Origin: Alphaproteobacteria bacterium | GTDB taxonomy: Bacteria; Pseudomonadota; Alphaproteobacteria; UBA828 | Reading direction: 5' to 3' | Assembly (NCBI GenBank): GCA_965214705.1 | Contig: OZ243972.1 | Coordinates: 704,001 to 768,000 of the forward strand | Length of the DNA stretch: 64,000 nucleotides | Part shown: positions 30,423 to 41,475 of the stretch, piece after piece | How positions within the stretch are numbered: position 1 is the stretch's first letter | How the letters are laid out: every line of letters starts with the position of its first letter | Program-made: the position numbers and the translations under genes | The notes under the pieces: generated by a model | Databases searched by the model: none | What the model saw: the letters and a program-made list of their open reading frames with translations, nothing else | What the model was told of the DNA's origin: nothing

Positions 30423-30656
30423 GATCGAATTCCCTCCTTCCGGGTTGCCGAGCGCCGGATTGTGCGGTGCAACAGAGCGCCTGGCAAGCGCGCGCCCATG
30501 ACCGGTCGCCGCCACCCTCCACACGCGGCTGCGGCCGCCTTGTTCGCTGGCGCGGGCGCGCGGTATATGTGGCGCTCCGGCAGGGGCTATATGTGTGGCG
30601 CTCCTGCAGGAGCGACGGCGCTCGCCGTCGGCGCGGCAATGAAGGGAGAAGAACCG

Positions 30657-32192
30657 ATGGCCAAGTTTCCGACGGTGCGCACACCGACGATCGAGGAGGT
30701 CCTCGACATCGCCGAGGGCTACGGCATGACGATTACCGTGGAGGACGCGGAATCGTTCCAGGGCCTCATGGCGGGCACGATCGCCTCCTATCACCGGCTC
30801 GACGATCTCGACGAGCCGAAGCTGCCCGTGAAGTATCCGCGCAGCACCGGCTACCGGCCGCCGCCGGAGGAGAACCCCTACAACGCCTGGTACTGGAAGT
30901 CCGAGGTCAAGGGCGCCAGCAGAGGGCCGCTCAAGGGCAAGAAAGTCGCGCTCAAGGACAACATCTGCCTCGCCGGCGTCCCGATGATGAACGGGGCGAC
31001 GGTGCTCGAGGGCTACGTGCCCGACATCGACGCGACCGTGGTGACCCGCATCCTCGATGCCGGCGGCACCATCGTCGGCAAGGCCGCCAACACCTATCTC
31101 TGCTTCGACGGCGGCAGCGCGACCACCGCCACCGGCATGGTCGATAACCCGCACAAGAGGGGCCATACCTGCGGCGGCTCGTCCGCCGGCAGCGGCGTGC
31201 TGGTGCTCACCGGCGAGGCGGACATGGCGCTCGGCGGCGACCAGGGCGGCTCGATCCGCATGCCGGCCTGCTGGAGCGGCATCTACGGGCACAAGCCCAC
31301 GCACGGCCTGGTGCCCTACACCGGCATCTTCCCCATCGAGATGACCCTCGACCACACCGGCCCCATGGCGCGCTCGGTGAGCGACGTGGCGGCCCTGCTC
31401 CAGGTCATCGCCGGTCCCGACGGGCAGGACCCCCGCCAGATCGGCACCAAGACCCAGCGCTACACGAGCGCCGTGGACAAGGGCGCGGACGGCATGAAGA
31501 TTGGCGTGGTCAAAGAGGGCTTCGGCCATCCCGAGAGCGAGGACGCCGTCGACAGCTGCGTCAGCGCGGCGGTCCGGCGCTTTGCCGAACTCGGCGCCAC
31601 GGTGGAGGAGATATCGATCCCCATGCACCTGGACGGCCCGCACATCTGGAACGGCATCGCCGTCGAGGGCGCCACCGCGCTGATGCTGAAGGGCAACGCC
31701 TTCGGCACCAACTGGGAGGGCTACTACACCACCTCGCTGATGGACGCCTACGCGCGCGGCTGGCGCTCACGGCCGGACGATCTCTCCGAGACCGTGAAGT
31801 ACGTCATGATGCTCGGCGAGTTCATGCACCGCGAGTACCACGGCCGCTACTACGCCAAGGCGCAGAACCTGAGCCGCCGGCTGCGCGAGACCTACGACGC
31901 AGCGCTCGCGGAATACGACGTGCTCGCGATGCCGACGCTACCGATGCTGGCGACCAAGCTGCCGGAGCCGGACTGCTCGCGCGAGGAGTACGTCGATGCC
32001 GCGCTCAACATGCTGGCCAACACCTGCCCGTTCGACGCCACGGGGCATCCGGCCATGACGGTGCCCTGCGGTAAGGCGGACGAGTCGCCGATCGGCCTGA
32101 TGCTGATCGGCAAGCGCTACGACGACGCGACCGTGATCCGGGCCGGCGGCGCCTTCGAGAGCCTCGGCGTCTACACGGTCTCGACCGTATAG
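30657..32192 (+). CDS. Amidase signature family amidase
   Basis: ALKDNI, GGSSAGS, GDQGGSIRMP (Lys-cisSer-Ser triad). Confidence 0.93.
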   Translation: MAKFPTVRTPTIEEVLDIAEGYGMTITVEDAESFQGLMAGTIASYHRLDDLDEPKLPVKYPRSTGYRPPPEENPYNAWYWKSEVKGASRGPLKGKKVALKDNICLAGVPMMNGATVLEGYVPDIDATVVTRILDAGGTIVGKAANTYLCFDGGSATTATGMVDNPHKRGHTCGGSSAGSGVLVLTGEADMALGGDQGGSIRMPACWSGIYGHKPTHGLVPYTGIFPIEMTLDHTGPMARSVSDVAALLQVIAGPDGQDPRQIGTKTQRYTSAVDKGADGMKIGVVKEGFGHPESEDAVDSCVSAAVRRFAELGATVEEISIPMHLDGPHIWNGIAVEGATALMLKGNAFGTNWEGYYTTSLMDAYARGWRSRPDDLSETVKYVMMLGEFMHREYHGRYYAKAQNLSRRLRETYDAALAEYDVLAMPTLPMLATKLPEPDCSREEYVDAALNMLANTCPFDATGHPAMTVPCGKADESPIGLMLIGKRYDDATVIRAGGAFESLGVYTVSTV

Positions 32193-32232
32193 CCCGAACC
32201 GGGCAGCCGGCTCCGCCGGCCGCGCTTCTCAA

Positions 32233-32271
32233 GGGGCGCCTTCCAGCGCGGGCGGCGCCCCGCTTTCTTTT
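32233..32271 (+). terminator. Rho-independent terminator-like hairpin
   Basis: GGGGCGCC...GGCGCCCC followed by TTTCTTTT, downstream of the amidase. Confidence 0.55.
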
Positions 32272-32453
32272 GGTGATTATATGGTTCGCATCACTAGGTG
32301 GCGCGGTCATTCGTCGGCCGACTGATCTTCGTTGGCTTCCTCAGTCGGCGCCTGGGGCTTCGCCAACTCACCAATGACGCGAGCGAATTCGTCCTTGCTC
32401 ATGTCGGCGCCCGCCTCGCGGGCGGTTGCTGGAAGCGTTGAAGCTGAATGGGA

Positions 32454-32605
32454 TCATTCGACTTCGCCATCGAACCGAACCCTGTGAATTGTCACTCGTT
32501 CATCGTCGTAAGAGTACAGCACCCACAATTCGCGGGTCTCCGCTACTTTGTTTTGAGGGAACACGTGCACCAGATACTTCGTAGCTTCGTGATGGTATCG
32601 AGGAG
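32454..32605 (-). pseudogene. 3' half of a RelE-like toxin gene interrupted by the IS66 element
   Basis: YHHEATKYLVHVFPQNKVAETRELWVLYSYDDERVTIHRVRFDGEVE*; in frame with 35062-35211 once the IS and one TSD copy are removed. Confidence 0.8.
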
Positions 32606-32701
32606 GTAACTGCCCAGGTCTGATTCCGCCGAGCACTCACGCGTGATGGACTGATGCCTCTGGCCTGGTGCCGCTGACGTGGAGCGGAGCGGCGGGGGAT
32701 T

Positions 32702-34243
32702 TCAGAAGCGCAGTACCGGGATTAGCTGCATGGGATCGGGGTGCGCCAGGGTTTCGAGGACATTCCAGCGCTGTTTTCGAGCGGTGGCGATGACGGACCG
32801 CAGGTTGGCGAAGTCGCAGGCACCTTGCATCGAGCGGAAGCCGCCTGAGATTTTCTGACGCAGCTTGCCCATTCGCAGATCGCGCTCCGCCTCATTGTTC
32901 GAGAACGGGGTTCGCGGGTCGGTGAGGAAGCGCAGGCACCCCTCCTTGTACTTCTGGAGCCGGAGCGCGAGGTTGTGACCGATGCGGCGCTTTTGTCGTC
33001 CGCGCTTTCCGGTCTGGAGCGGCGGCATCTCTTCGTGAGCGGCGATGGCACGTTCGAGGATGCGGTCCCAGGCTCGCGAGATGCGGGCGACCAGTGATGC
33101 GGGCACGTCGCGATCATTCTTGCGGGCGAAGCGGGCGGCTCTGTTGGCACGGGAGAGCAGCTGGTGCGTGCTCGTTGCCCAGTCTTCCTTCTCGATCTCG
33201 ATCAGGGCCTGGAGCTCACGCAGGTGATGGGCGTTGCAGGCCCCGTGGCGCACGCCCTCGAGAGCGAAGTAGGTGGCATAGTCGTCATGGATGACGATGC
33301 CGTTGAGCTTCTCGTCGAAATGGCCGCGCCCGCTGGCGACGCGCAGGATGGTCAGCAACGGGGTGCACAGCACGTGGAGCCAATGGGTCCGGGCGGCGAT
33401 GCGGATGCCGGTCTCGTCGAGGTGTTTGACCGGGGCTTCGGTGCGGATGATCTCTGCGACACGATCGAGGAAGCCCTCGAAGCGCCGGGCGGTGCGCCGG
33501 CCCATGGCGGCGATGGTGGCCGTTGAGATCTTGACCGCGAAGAGATCGCTCATGACCTCGGCGACGCGCTTCTCCGGAATGAACTGAGCGTGCAGCAGGT
33601 AGGTCACCCACGCGGTGATGCGCGGCCCGTACTGGACCGGGGCGCTCACGCCGTTCGGGAAGGCGGCTGTTGTCATGGTACCGCAGGCGGCGCAGAGGCA
33701 GCGATGGCCGCGATGCTCGGTGGCCTCGAGGGGCTGCGGCTCGGGCACATCGAAGACCTGCCGGCAGACGGGGGCTCCGTGACGGTCGGCGTCCGACAGC
33801 GGCGCGCCGCAGCCCTCACAGGCGGACGGATCATGATCCACGACGTGGTCCGGGTTCTCGGTCCGCTCCAGGGTGGTTCCCTTGTGGCCCGGCTGACCGC
33901 CGCTGGGCCTGTCGGATTTGCCGCGCCGGCTCCGGGTGCGCTTCTCCTGGTCTCCGCTCTTCTTCTTCAGGCCGTCGCTGGCCGGCGGCTTGGAGCTGGT
34001 GGTGCTGTCGAGCGCGGCGCTGCGCTCAAGTTCGGCGATCCGCTCGCGCAAGCGGGCGTTCTCCCGCTCCAGCGCGTCGTTCTCCTTGACCAGCGCCGCG
34101 CTCAGGCGAAGCAGCCCCTGGCCCCATTCCCGGATGGCTTTGACGGCGGTCATCGCGAAGGATTGTGGGGTGAAAAGGTCCTGCAGGCACGCGAAAGCCT
34201 CGTCGTGAGCGGCGAGGTCCGCGTGCCAGCGCGACACTGTCAC
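32702..34243 (-). CDS. IS66 family transposase (TnpC-like)
   Basis: Coiled coil, SSKPPASDG, C..C...C..C zinc finger, HLDETG, HDDY, CNAHHLREL, NNEAERDLR..K...KISGGFRS. Confidence 0.95.
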   Translation of the reverse strand: MTVSRWHADLAAHDEAFACLQDLFTPQSFAMTAVKAIREWGQGLLRLSAALVKENDALERENARLRERIAELERSAALDSTTSSKPPASDGLKKKSGDQEKRTRSRRGKSDRPSGGQPGHKGTTLERTENPDHVVDHDPSACEGCGAPLSDADRHGAPVCRQVFDVPEPQPLEATEHRGHRCLCAACGTMTTAAFPNGVSAPVQYGPRITAWVTYLLHAQFIPEKRVAEVMSDLFAVKISTATIAAMGRRTARRFEGFLDRVAEIIRTEAPVKHLDETGIRIAARTHWLHVLCTPLLTILRVASGRGHFDEKLNGIVIHDDYATYFALEGVRHGACNAHHLRELQALIEIEKEDWATSTHQLLSRANRAARFARKNDRDVPASLVARISRAWDRILERAIAAHEEMPPLQTGKRGRQKRRIGHNLALRLQKYKEGCLRFLTDPRTPFSNNEAERDLRMGKLRQKISGGFRSMQGACDFANLRSVIATARKQRWNVLETLAHPDPMQLIPVLRF

Positions 34244-34908
34244 AAACCCTCGTCAGCCTCGACGGCCATGATCGCGGCCAGCACCGCCAGGCGTTCGCCC
34301 GCCGGCATGGCCTCGTAGCGCCGGCCCCAGTTGGCCGCCTTGCGCTTGATGCGCTGGCGGTCGGTGAAGTTGCGGCCCGCGCAGCTCGCCCAGTGCACCC
34401 GGTCGGGCGCGAAGTTGAACCACACCACCTCGGTCCGCACCTGGGCCTGGGTCGTCACCTGCAGCGCCAGCCGGCGCCAGCCCGCCAGCAACTCGTCATA
34501 GAGCGCAGACGGGTGGCCCGAGACCATCACCTGGCAGGGCAGACCCTTGAGCAGTTCGAGGAGCGCGACGTGGTCGGCCTCCTCGTACTCGAAGCGGTAG
34601 CGCTGCGACGAACGCCGGGTCGCGTGCAGATAGGGCGGATCGCTGTAGACCAGCTCCGGGCCCAGGAACGGGAACGAGGCCAGAAAGGAGTGGGCGCAGC
34701 CGTGCACCAACTCCACCGGGTAGCCACAGTCGAAGGACTCAAGCGCCCGCTCGTCGCGGTCAATCCCGATCGAGCGCACGGCCGCAGGCTTGCGCTTCAT
34801 CAGCGCCCCGCCCCCCAAGTGGCTCTCGATATAGACAGAGTGCGGGGGCATCAGCGCAATCAGCGCCTGGCTCAGACCGGTCGTCGCCTTCGATCCGAAA
34901 TACCCCAC
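34240..34908 (-). CDS. DNA adenine methyltransferase (compact Dam/D12-like)
   Basis: YFGSK (motif X), YIESHLGGG (SAM-binding motif I), YSDPPY (catalytic motif IV), VMVSG, RTEVVW.N. Confidence 0.9.
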   Translation of the reverse strand: MGYFGSKATTGLSQALIALMPPHSVYIESHLGGGALMKRKPAAVRSIGIDRDERALESFDCGYPVELVHGCAHSFLASFPFLGPELVYSDPPYLHATRRSSQRYRFEYEEADHVALLELLKGLPCQVMVSGHPSALYDELLAGWRRLALQVTTQAQVRTEVVWFNFAPDRVHWASCAGRNFTDRQRIKRKAANWGRRYEAMPAGERLAVLAAIMAVEADEGL

Positions 34909-34936
34909 CGGCTGCTCCTCTCATGCGAGAGAGCAA

Positions 34937-34965
34937 CCCATAGGCGAGCGCGCCTATACAGTCAA
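34937..34965 (-). promoter_or_regulatory. Putative promoter of the MTase-transposase operon with an overlapping palindrome
   Basis: Minus strand TTGACT-N17-TATGGG; ATAGGCG-N4-CGCCTAT inverted repeat at 34940-34957. Confidence 0.45.
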
Positions 34966-35061
34966 GGGGCAGATCATCGATGCGCCGACGGCCAAACGGC
35001 ACCGGCGGCGACCAACATCAGCACGCACTCAGATCTGGCGGCGGGGTACCTGGGTAGTTAC

Positions 35062-35211
35062 TCGAGGAGTTCCTTTTTCAGGACTTCTCGCAAGACGCCA
35101 TTCTATGCCGCGCCAGTGGTCATCGAAGCGCGGCGTCTGTGCAGTCGCCTCGTCGACAAAACATTGCGCTTGCGGGTCCAGCGCAACGTCCCGATATACG
35201 GACCACTGCAT
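35062..35211 (-). pseudogene. 5' half of the RelE-like toxin gene
   Basis: MQWSVYRDVALDPQAQCFVDE...WRGIEWRLARSPEKGTPR; its ATG overlaps the antitoxin stop (TAATG). Confidence 0.8.
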
Positions 35212-35819
35212 TATCGGGCTGCGGCGCTCTCGATTTGCTCGACAGCAGCGTTGGCCCAGTCTCTGACTTCATCCGTTATGGCTCCCTTACCACTAGCAAG
35301 AGTGGCATATAGGGGAATTTCCTCGCCCTCAGCGGCTGCTTCCCAAATCTCTTCATGGGTAAGTTCGCTGATCTCGTTTGCAGAGTGGCTGCACACAAAA
35401 TCAAGTACGATCTTGGCCCATGCCTGTTCCGCTTCCGACAAAATCCCGGAATCCAGCCGCCCGCGGAAAATGTATTTCCGCGTGTCATAATGATGCTCCG
35501 GTTCCTGGATGATAATTTTCTCGTCAGCCTCGAGCTCTGCCAACGTAGCAAGTATCGTCTTTGGAACAGGACCCTTCTTCCTCTTGACGTACGTTTCTCC
35601 GGTAATCGATACGCCATTCGCTTGGTAAGCGAGCATATCGGCAAACCAGAGTGCCTTGTTCAGCCTTATAGCTCCGAGGCGCGATGGGTTATGCCGGCAT
35701 TCGTGCACCATAAAGTGCACTAGCGCCTTGAACTTTTCCCGTGACATGGGACGCTCCCTCGGTTGGTCAGGGTCTACATATGGCACTTGACACACCAAAT
35801 GTCTAGTGTTAGGCGCCAT
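35211..35819 (-). CDS. Panacea (DUF4065/SocA-like) antitoxin
   Basis: RLNKALWFAD...G.SITGE.Y.K...GPVP and SANEISELTH...W pattern; start uncertain (35846, 35819 or 35747). Confidence 0.85.
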   Translation of the reverse strand: MAPNTRHLVCQVPYVDPDQPRERPMSREKFKALVHFMVHECRHNPSRLGAIRLNKALWFADMLAYQANGVSITGETYVKRKKGPVPKTILATLAELEADEKIIIQEPEHHYDTRKYIFRGRLDSGILSEAEQAWAKIVLDFVCSHSANEISELTHEEIWEAAAEGEEIPLYATLASGKGAITDEVRDWANAAVEQIESAAAR

Positions 35820-36158
35820 GTCCGAACGGCGATTCGTATGCTCCATAAGGCTAAGTGCCTATCAATCAAGCATATTTTAGGCGTTTTCCTCTCACGCCAC
35901 GAAGAACCTGAGGCGCTCGACCTTCATCCTCAGTATTCCTCGCGACTCGATGGCCCGCGTCGCGTGGGCGCATGAGACGGCTTCTCTTTCTCTTGGTGGG
36001 ATTCGCCGGGATTAAGTGGGACAAGTGGGATTTCACGGGCGGACGACGGGCGTCCGCCTATCCTGTCTCCGCCTCCTGGAGCGTGCTTACCTTTAACCAT
36101 CATCGTGCGATTGTGACGCGGGCGCCAAACGCTCTGCACCGCACTATGGTCCGGGGCG

Positions 36159-36563
36159 TCAGCCGATGACGGCGGTGGCCTCCACCTCGCAGCGGACATC
36201 GGGCGAATAGAGGGCCTGGACGCCCATCAGCGTCATCGAAGGCGGCGTGTGGCCCTCGAAGAGCTTCCTGTTGGCTTCGTTAACCACCTCGCCTTCCTCG
36301 AAACGGTAGTTGGCGACGTAGGTATTGAGCCGGACGATATCCGCCACCGTCCCGCCGGCCTCGGCGAGCACGCGCCGGATGTTCTCGTGCGCCTGGGCGA
36401 GCTGAGCCGCGAGGTCCGGTCCCACCGACTCGCTGTTCTCGTTCCAGCCGACCTGGCCCGAGAGATAGATGGTCTTGCCGCCCTCGGCCACCACCGCGTG
36501 GCTGAGACCGTAGGTCAGATAGTCCGGCACGTTGTCAGGGTTGATGTGGGTGAACTTGGCCAT
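36159..36563 (-). CDS. RidA/YjgF family protein
   Basis: [25 protein letters not shown]; lacks the catalytic Arg. Confidence 0.9.
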   Translation of the reverse strand: MAKFTHINPDNVPDYLTYGLSHAVVAEGGKTIYLSGQVGWNENSESVGPDLAAQLAQAHENIRRVLAEAGGTVADIVRLNTYVANYRFEEGEVVNEANRKLFEGHTPPSMTLMGVQALYSPDVRCEVEATAVIG

Positions 36564-36602
36564 GGGGTCCTCCGTCGTTGCGGCCGGGCGCGCGGCGGCG
36601 CC

Positions 36603-38297
<1,695 letters not shown>

Positions 38298-38350
38298 TGT
38301 CCGTCCCTACCTCGTCCGGGCTGCCCGCCGCCGCGGGCAGGGAGCGCCGG

Positions 38351-38423
<73 letters not shown>

Positions 38424-38499
38424 TTAGGCCGGCACGCGGGCCTGTGTATAGGACACGGGGCGGCGGCTGTCTACGCGCCGGGCGCGGTCGTGGACAGGG

Positions 38500-39465
38500 T
38501 CAAACGGCGAGGTACTGCGCGGCGACGAAGGCGGCATAACCGAGCAGCAGGAGCACGCCGAAGAGCCGTCCCAGCCTGAGCCCTGAGAGCATCGTCGCGA
38601 TCACGAGGCCGGTGACCCCCGCAAGCACCCAGATGTCGAGATGCCTGATCTCGTCGGGCACCGGCAGCGGCGTCACCACGGTCACGACGCCCAGGATCGC
38701 AAGGATGTTGAACACGCTGGAGCCGATCACGTTGCCGATCGCGACTTCGGCGTGCTTGCGATAGGCCGCCACCACGGTGGTCGCGAGCTCCGGCAGCGAG
38801 GTGCCGACCGCCACCACCGTGATGCCGATCACGGTCTCGGTGATGCCGAGGCCGCGCGCGATGATCGTGGCGGCGCCGACCATCAGGTGGGCGCCGAAGC
38901 TGACGCCCGCGAGACCAAGCAACGCAGCGAGCACGGCGAGCCAGATGGGCTTGGGCAGGTGCAGGCGCTCCTCGGCCTCCTGGCTGTGGCGGCCGCCCGT
39001 CGCGTTGCCGAGCCGGCGCTCATGCCAATAGGAGGCGACGGTGAGCACCCCGAGCAGCACCAGCATCAGCGCGCCCTGCCAGGCAACAAGGGTGCCGAAC
39101 GAGACGAAGACCACGAGCAGCGCCGTCGCCCCGATCAGCGTCGCGCCGTCCCGCACCGCCGCCTGCCGCGACACCATGACCGGCGTGATCGCGACGGCGA
39201 GGCCGAAGATGAGAAGCAGGTTGGCGATGTTGCTGCCGATGACGTTGCCGAAGGCGATGCCGGTCGAGCCCCTGAGCGCGGCTTGCAGGGTGACCACCAG
39301 CTCCGGCATCGAGGTGCCGAAGGCCACGACCGTGGCCCCGATGAGCAACGGCGAGACGTTCAACCGCCGAGCGAGCGCGACCGAGCCCCGCACCAGCGCT
39401 TCACCGCCCACGAAGAGCAGAATGAACCCGCCGATGAGTTGGATATGGGTCAGCGGGTCGAGCAT
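38500..39465 (-). CDS. Calcium/sodium antiporter (YrbG-like)
   Basis: Two alpha-repeats GTSMPEL...GNVIGSN and GTSLPEL...GNVIGSS. Confidence 0.93.
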   Translation of the reverse strand: MLDPLTHIQLIGGFILLFVGGEALVRGSVALARRLNVSPLLIGATVVAFGTSMPELVVTLQAALRGSTGIAFGNVIGSNIANLLLIFGLAVAITPVMVSRQAAVRDGATLIGATALLVVFVSFGTLVAWQGALMLVLLGVLTVASYWHERRLGNATGGRHSQEAEERLHLPKPIWLAVLAALLGLAGVSFGAHLMVGAATIIARGLGITETVIGITVVAVGTSLPELATTVVAAYRKHAEVAIGNVIGSSVFNILAILGVVTVVTPLPVPDEIRHLDIWVLAGVTGLVIATMLSGLRLGRLFGVLLLLGYAAFVAAQYLAV

Positions 39466-40856
39466 CTGCCTCTGTGGCTTGCGGCGGCCGGCGTGCCGCC
39501 CCGCTCTAGCACGAAACGACCATGCGGCTGGGCCGGATCGGAAACGAGCGTGACCGGAATCCCGAGCCAACGCGCCAACGCGTCCTCACCGGGCGCGGCG
39601 AGCGCTTCCAGCAGCACCGGTGCAGCGCGGAGCGTCAAGGCCCGCGCGCCGCTCGCCGCCTCGCGCCGGGCGGCACCCGCCGCCTCGTGCGCAATGGCTT
39701 CAAGCCGCAACCTGCGGCCGCCGAAGCCGCCCGCCGGTTTGGTCAGCGCCTGACGCAGGCTCGGGCCGAGGCGCTGGCGGTTCACCTCGACCACGCCGCC
39801 GGCGGTGACGCCGAGCACGCGGTGGGGAGTCCGGTCGGCCGCGAGGGCGTTCTTCAGCGCCCCGATCTGCGCCTCGCGCCGGCGGGTGCCGCCGCGGCCC
39901 GCGAAGTCGATGGCGATCAGCCCGCTCAGGTTGCGCAGCACGATTTCGCGGCCCGCCGCCTCGGCTGTCTCAGCCGCCGCGGCATCGGCGGCCTGGCTCG
40001 TGTCGACATCGATGGCGCAGAGCGCGCGGGTCTCCTCGATCGTGAGCCGGGCGCCACCAGGGAGAGTCACCTCGGACTCCAGCGCCGCCTGGAGCTGGCC
40101 GGCACAATCGTACCGCTCGAAGAGCGGCGCCGCGTCCCGGCACACACCTTCATACGCAAGCACCGGCGCAAGATCGGGCGCCTCTTCCGTTGTCAGCGCT
40201 CTTGCCCGCTCGAGCACCGCGCGGTCGTCGATGGCGATGCACGCGGGTCCGGGCGCCGCGTCCCGCAGCAGGCGCCCGAGCAGACCGCCCGCGTGCCAGA
40301 GGCGCCGGGGGGTCCGGTCGCGCCTGGCCGCTGTCTCGATCTCCTGCCAGCGCGCCGCCAGCGCCGCGACGTGGGCCGGCACCGCGTCCGGGCACGCAAC
40401 GGCGGCACCCCTGATCGTCAGCGCCCCGCCGTCCACCCCGGCCTCATCCAGCACCACGCCCAGCGCACGCTTGACCTGCAGATCGTGGAGACGGCGCGAG
40501 AAGGTGAGCCCGCTCCCGCCGGGGCGGAAGACGGCGTAGCGGCCGGCCAGCGCCGGCTTGCGCGTGACCCGCGCGCGCTTGCCTTCATAGGCATCGCAGA
40601 CCACCTGCACGATCGGCGGCGCGTCGTTGGCATCGAGGCCGCGCGCGCCTTGCAGAAACGCCTCCTTGCCCCCGCCGATATCGACAATGCAGGCTTCGAT
40701 GCCCGACATGCGGCCGAGCGGACGCGCCACGTGTACATCGCCGATGCGGCTCGGGCTCGCACTCCACTCGACGAAGAACGCGACCGGCCGCCCGCCCGCG
40801 ACCGCCGCCGCCTGCATGCCATAGGGGCTCGCGGTGATGAGTAACTCGTCGCCCAT
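39450..40856 (-). CDS. Ribonuclease E/G family protein
   Basis: IEETRALCAIDVDT, LRNLSGLIAIDF, GVVEVNRQR; follows maf. Confidence 0.85.
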   Translation of the reverse strand: MGDELLITASPYGMQAAAVAGGRPVAFFVEWSASPSRIGDVHVARPLGRMSGIEACIVDIGGGKEAFLQGARGLDANDAPPIVQVVCDAYEGKRARVTRKPALAGRYAVFRPGGSGLTFSRRLHDLQVKRALGVVLDEAGVDGGALTIRGAAVACPDAVPAHVAALAARWQEIETAARRDRTPRRLWHAGGLLGRLLRDAAPGPACIAIDDRAVLERARALTTEEAPDLAPVLAYEGVCRDAAPLFERYDCAGQLQAALESEVTLPGGARLTIEETRALCAIDVDTSQAADAAAAETAEAAGREIVLRNLSGLIAIDFAGRGGTRRREAQIGALKNALAADRTPHRVLGVTAGGVVEVNRQRLGPSLRQALTKPAGGFGGRRLRLEAIAHEAAGAARREAASGARALTLRAAPVLLEALAAPGEDALARWLGIPVTLVSDPAQPHGRFVLERGGTPAAASHRGRCSTR

Positions 40857-40864
40857 CGCCTCGA

Positions 40865-41473
40865 TCACATGGGGCCGGGCGGCCGGGGCGGCAAGCCGAG
40901 GCCGACCAGCAGCCGGTAGGTCTCGTGCAGCGGCAGCCCCACCACGTTGGAATAGGAGCCGCCCACGAAGCGGACGAAGGCCGCCGCTCTCCCCTGGATC
41001 GCGTAGCCGCCGGCCTTGCCCCGCCACTCGCCGCCGGCGAGATAGGCCGCGATTTCCTCGTCGGAGAGCCGCTTGAAGGCCACGGCGGTGCGCGCCAACC
41101 GGCTCACTGCGCGGCCCATCGGGTCGATCACCGTAACCCCGCCGTAGACCCGGTGGCGCCGGCCCGAGAGCAGCGCGAGGCAGCGCCGCGCGCTCTCCTC
41201 GGTCTCCGCCTTCTCCAGGATGCGCCGGCCGCAGGCCACCACCGTATCGGCGCCGAGGATGAAGGCCCCCGGATGGCGCGTCGCGACCGCCTCCGCCTTT
41301 GCCCGCGCGAGCCGGGCCGCGTGCGCCTCCGGCCGCTCGCCGGGGAGCACGGTCTCGTCGAGCGCGGCAGGCTCGACCGTATCCGGCCCATAGCCGATCT
41401 GCTCCAGCAGCGCGCGTCGGCGGGGCGACGCCGAGGCAAGCACCAGGGGCGGGCGCGGCGAAGGGCCGGCCAT
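40865..41473 (-). CDS. maf: Maf family nucleotide pyrophosphatase
   Basis: LVLASASPRRR, LGADTVV, GKAGGYAIQG, SNVVGLPL. Confidence 0.95.
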   Translation of the reverse strand: MAGPSPRPPLVLASASPRRRALLEQIGYGPDTVEPAALDETVLPGERPEAHAARLARAKAEAVATRHPGAFILGADTVVACGRRILEKAETEESARRCLALLSGRRHRVYGGVTVIDPMGRAVSRLARTAVAFKRLSDEEIAAYLAGGEWRGKAGGYAIQGRAAAFVRFVGGSYSNVVGLPLHETYRLLVGLGLPPRPPGPM

Positions 41474-41475
41474 GC

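Larger units (their letters stand above)
32606..35061 (-). mobile_element. IS66-family element (single-transposase type) carrying a DNA methyltransferase
   Basis: Termini GTAACTGCCCAGGT and ACCTGGGTAGTTAC (13/14 inverted match); 8-bp direct repeats TCGAGGAG at 32598-32605 and 35062-35069. Confidence 0.95.

Noticed and set aside
29958-31643. 561-aa ORF appearing as a MaoC fusion
   Set aside because: Only the last ~154 codons are MaoC; the rest is largely antisense to the amidase.
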